A stretch of 32,000 nucleotides of DNA from Trichodesmium erythraeum IMS101 (lineage in GTDB: Bacteria; Cyanobacteriota; Cyanobacteriia; Cyanobacteriales; Microcoleaceae), in contig NC_008312.1 of assembly GCF_000014265.1 (NCBI RefSeq), forward strand, positions 4,530,001 through 4,562,000, in the 5' to 3' direction. A program made the translations under genes and the position numbers. The notes below the pieces were generated by a model that saw only the letters and a program-made list of their open reading frames with translations, did not search any database and had not been told where the DNA came from. Positions 29,674-32,000 of this stretch are shown piece after piece. Positions within the stretch are counted from its first letter, which is position 1; each line of letters begins with the position of its first letter.

Positions 29674-32000
29674 CTAAATTAAATCTGGTGTATTCTCATC
29701 AAAATCATCATAACCATCATAAACATCATCCTCTAAATCTATTTCATGCTCTAGGTCATAATTATCAGCTGGGAAATCTGAATCAAAATTACCAGGAGGG
29801 AAATCTGAATCATCTAAAACTGACCCAGACTTATCTTTAACTGGAGAAAACTCAGACATACTATCATCTATAAATGAACTTTGACTTTGAGGTTTGCCCT
29901 GAGAATCTACAAAATTCTGATTCGCAGATGACAAATTTAGACTGTTTTCAAATTCTAATGAACGAGCTGTCTGATCATCTAAAACCACACTCTGCAAATC
30001 ACCTTCCTCAAAAATATCGAGATCATCATCCCAATTTTGTTCCAAACGATTAATCTCTGCACTCAGGGCATCTTCATAAGCATTAAAACCAGTACCAGCA
30101 GGAATCAATCGCCCAATAATTACATTCTCTTTCAATCCCCTTAACCAATCAGACTTACCCTCAATTGCAGCTTCCGTCAACACCCGTGTAGTCTCTTGGA
30201 AACTTGCTGCTGAAATAAAGCTATCTGTATTTAGGGACGCTTTTGTAATCCCCAACAACATTGGTGTATATTGAGCAGTGGCTCCACCCGTAATAGACAT
30301 AGCCTCATTAACCTGTTCCACTTGTCGCAACTCTATCAATTCCCCAGGTAACATAGTAGTATCACCACCATCATCAATCCTCACCTTAGCTGTCATCTGA
30401 CGCACAATTACCTCAATATGCTTATCAGAAATATCTATACCCTGAGACTGATACACTGCTTGCACCTGATTAACCAAAAACCTCTGACACGCCTCAAAAC
30501 TCCTCAGGCAGGCTTCATAAGCGCTTTCATGTTCTCGGTAATAGTTGAAGAAAGTCTCCAGAATTTCATGGGGATTCTGAGGTCCATCTGTCAGAGCTTC
30601 ACCCACGTTAACATTTTGTCCATCAGCAACAATCACATTCTGGCCATGACCTAGAGGATAATCTGTGATTGTGCCATCACTGGAGACCACGCTCACCTCT
30701 ACATTATCATCATTAACATTAACCTGAGCTTGACCAGGATATTTTACTAAAATACAAGACTCTTTGGGTTTACGTGCCTCCAACAACTCTTCAATCCGAG
30801 GTAAACCCTGAATAATATCCCCAGTCTTAGTCCGCTCAAACACCAACAGTACCAAAATATCTCCCCGTTGCACTAAATCTCCATCCATAGTCAGCAATAC
30901 TGCTCCCGTAGAAACACGATAAGGTCTGCCTTTACGCAAGATTACCTGATAACCTTTACTACCATCATTTAAAACAGTTTCCTCAACTTTTGACACCAGA
31001 CCAGACCTTGGAATAACTATTCCCGGAGCAATTTCGGTACCAGCAACCAACAAATCACCTTCAACTACAGAAGGTAAAGTATTTACTGGTATTTTAACTA
31101 AATCTGCTTCTCGAACTATCAAAATACGACGAATAGCTTCTGAACCTTCTCGGATACCGCGAACCTCACCAGATTTTTTAGATAATATCTGTGTGCGAGA
31201 TACTACCCCTCCAGCTTCAATAACATCTCCATCTTTAACTAATAATCGAGTACTTGTACTACCTTGAGTTGTATCTGCTACCACATCTCGTCGAATGACT
31301 AAAGACTCTAGAATTACCAACTGCAAACGCATTATTCCCTCTTCCTCTAGGTCTGGTAATAACTCAATATCAGCAGCTAATTGAGGGGCTTCTTCTCCAA
31401 TCTCCAATACTAACTGGGTGCGCAGCAATTCTATACCTTCTACAGATTTAACTCTTTCCCCATCCTTAAAAGGAATTCGTTGTACTGCCCGTAACTCAAT
31501 AGAAGAATTAATTGATTTCTGAGAAGGCACACCAGGTTCATCCGGCACATGAAATTCAGTCACAGGTCGCAATAATAAACCAGGACCCTCTGGTGTTTCT
31601 ATATACTCAATGTACTTTAACTCAGATGTTACTAATCCTGGAATTACTTCCTCTCCCGGTGTAGCAATTTGACCATCCATCAGGGTTAAATCCCCTAAAT
31701 CTATTTCATAGTTCCCACTATGTAGTTTGCCTGGTTTAATTACAACTTCTCTGAGAATATCATTTTTCTGGTGTACTTCTGTTACTCCATTAGACTGACA
31801 GAAAATATCCTTAACTATTTCTGTACCAGCTTCCACATATTGACCGTCTTCTACCAAAAGTAAAGATATGTCTTTATTAACTTCATGGCATTCTTCAGGA
31901 ATCCATAGCAACGTACCACCTTTTACTACCTCATAGCCTTGTTTCGCTTTACCACGTTTGAGAACTTCTACTCCAGCATATTTAATGATACCACCTGTAG
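29674..32000 (-). CDS. rpoC2: DNA-directed RNA polymerase subunit beta' C-terminal half (cyanobacterial split RpoC2), 5'-truncated by the window edge
   Basis: The track M at 31911 is a TTG inside the gene. The frame stays open to nt 32000 (..[36 protein letters not shown]..). Conserved beta' C-terminal blocks are present ([72 protein letters not shown]), followed by a long acidic tail. Confidence 0.92.
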   Translation of the reverse strand, partial: TGGIIKYAGVEVLKRGKAKQGYEVVKGGTLLWIPEECHEVNKDISLLLVEDGQYVEAGTEIVKDIFCQSNGVTEVHQKNDILREVVIKPGKLHSGNYEIDLGDLTLMDGQIATPGEEVIPGLVTSELKYIEYIETPEGPGLLLRPVTEFHVPDEPGVPSQKSINSSIELRAVQRIPFKDGERVKSVEGIELLRTQLVLEIGEEAPQLAADIELLPDLEEEGIMRLQLVILESLVIRRDVVADTTQGSTSTRLLVKDGDVIEAGGVVSRTQILSKKSGEVRGIREGSEAIRRILIVREADLVKIPVNTLPSVVEGDLLVAGTEIAPGIVIPRSGLVSKVEETVLNDGSKGYQVILRKGRPYRVSTGAVLLTMDGDLVQRGDILVLLVFERTKTGDIIQGLPRIEELLEARKPKESCILVKYPGQAQVNVNDDNVEVSVVSSDGTITDYPLGHGQNVIVADGQNVNVGEALTDGPQNPHEILETFFNYYREHESAYEACLRSFEACQRFLVNQVQAVYQSQGIDISDKHIEVIVRQMTAKVRIDDGGDTTMLPGELIELRQVEQVNEAMSITGGATAQYTPMLLGITKASLNTDSFISAASFQETTRVLTEAAIEGKSDWLRGLKENVIIGRLIPAGTGFNAYEDALSAEINRLEQNWDDDLDIFEEGDLQSVVLDDQTARSLEFENSLNLSSANQNFVDSQGKPQSQSSFIDDSMSEFSPVKDKSGSVLDDSDFPPGNFDSDFPADNYDLEHEIDLEDDVYDGYDDFDENTPDLI

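Noticed and set aside
478-30654. Antisense or alternative-frame ORFs inside well-supported genes: 478..702-, 500..706+, 1399..1641-, 3566..3925-, 4886..5185-, 6668..6883+, 15718..16254-, 16619..16837-, 25605..25838+, 26166..26402- and 30418..30654+.
   Set aside because: Each lies entirely within a longer ORF with clear family motifs. Their sequences are low-complexity or unrecognisable, which is typical of shadow ORFs.
1-32000. tRNA, rRNA, tmRNA, RNase P or 6S RNA genes.
   Set aside because: I found no T-arm/GTTCGAATC-like box with a matching acceptor stem, and no conserved core motif of these RNAs on either strand. This was a manual scan only; tRNAscan-SE or Infernal would be decisive.

Overview
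The window comes from an AT-rich filamentous (Nostocales-like) cyanobacterium. The evidence is about a dozen HIP1 octamers (GCGATCGC), a split-type rpoC2, crtR, a DUF3326 gene and a pyruvate kinase with a PEP-utilizer tail. I can support 14 apparently intact genes: priA (5' partial), a secreted NTF2-like protein, a stand-alone PD-(D/E)XK protein, an M14 carboxypeptidase, a CPBP protease, an IS630 transposase, DUF3326, crtR, pyk, rlmN, an acyltransferase, a secreted hypothetical, dprA and rpoC2 (5' partial). By my coordinates they cover only about half of the 32 kb. The rest is AT-rich ORF-free spacer and mobile-element wreckage. That wreckage includes one apparently live IS630 and one dead IS630. 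It also includes relics of three IS1-type elements, IS5, IS5/IS1182, IS4/IS701-type and ISAs1 transposases, and at least three small MITE-like repeat families. Two nested insertions can be resolved to the base, with target-site duplications and a restored reading frame after in-silico excision. Two live genes (dprA and the acyltransferase) each carry a decayed partial ghost copy of themselves just past their stop codon. A GC-richer island next to an IS5 fragment holds a multiply broken VWA/DUF2201-type pseudogene. I found no rRNA, tRNA, CRISPR array or recognisable structured RNA. I do not see a convincing novel multi-gene system. The most interesting signals concern genome erosion and mobile-DNA archaeology, as described for obligate cyanobionts, though organism identity cannot be confirmed without a search.
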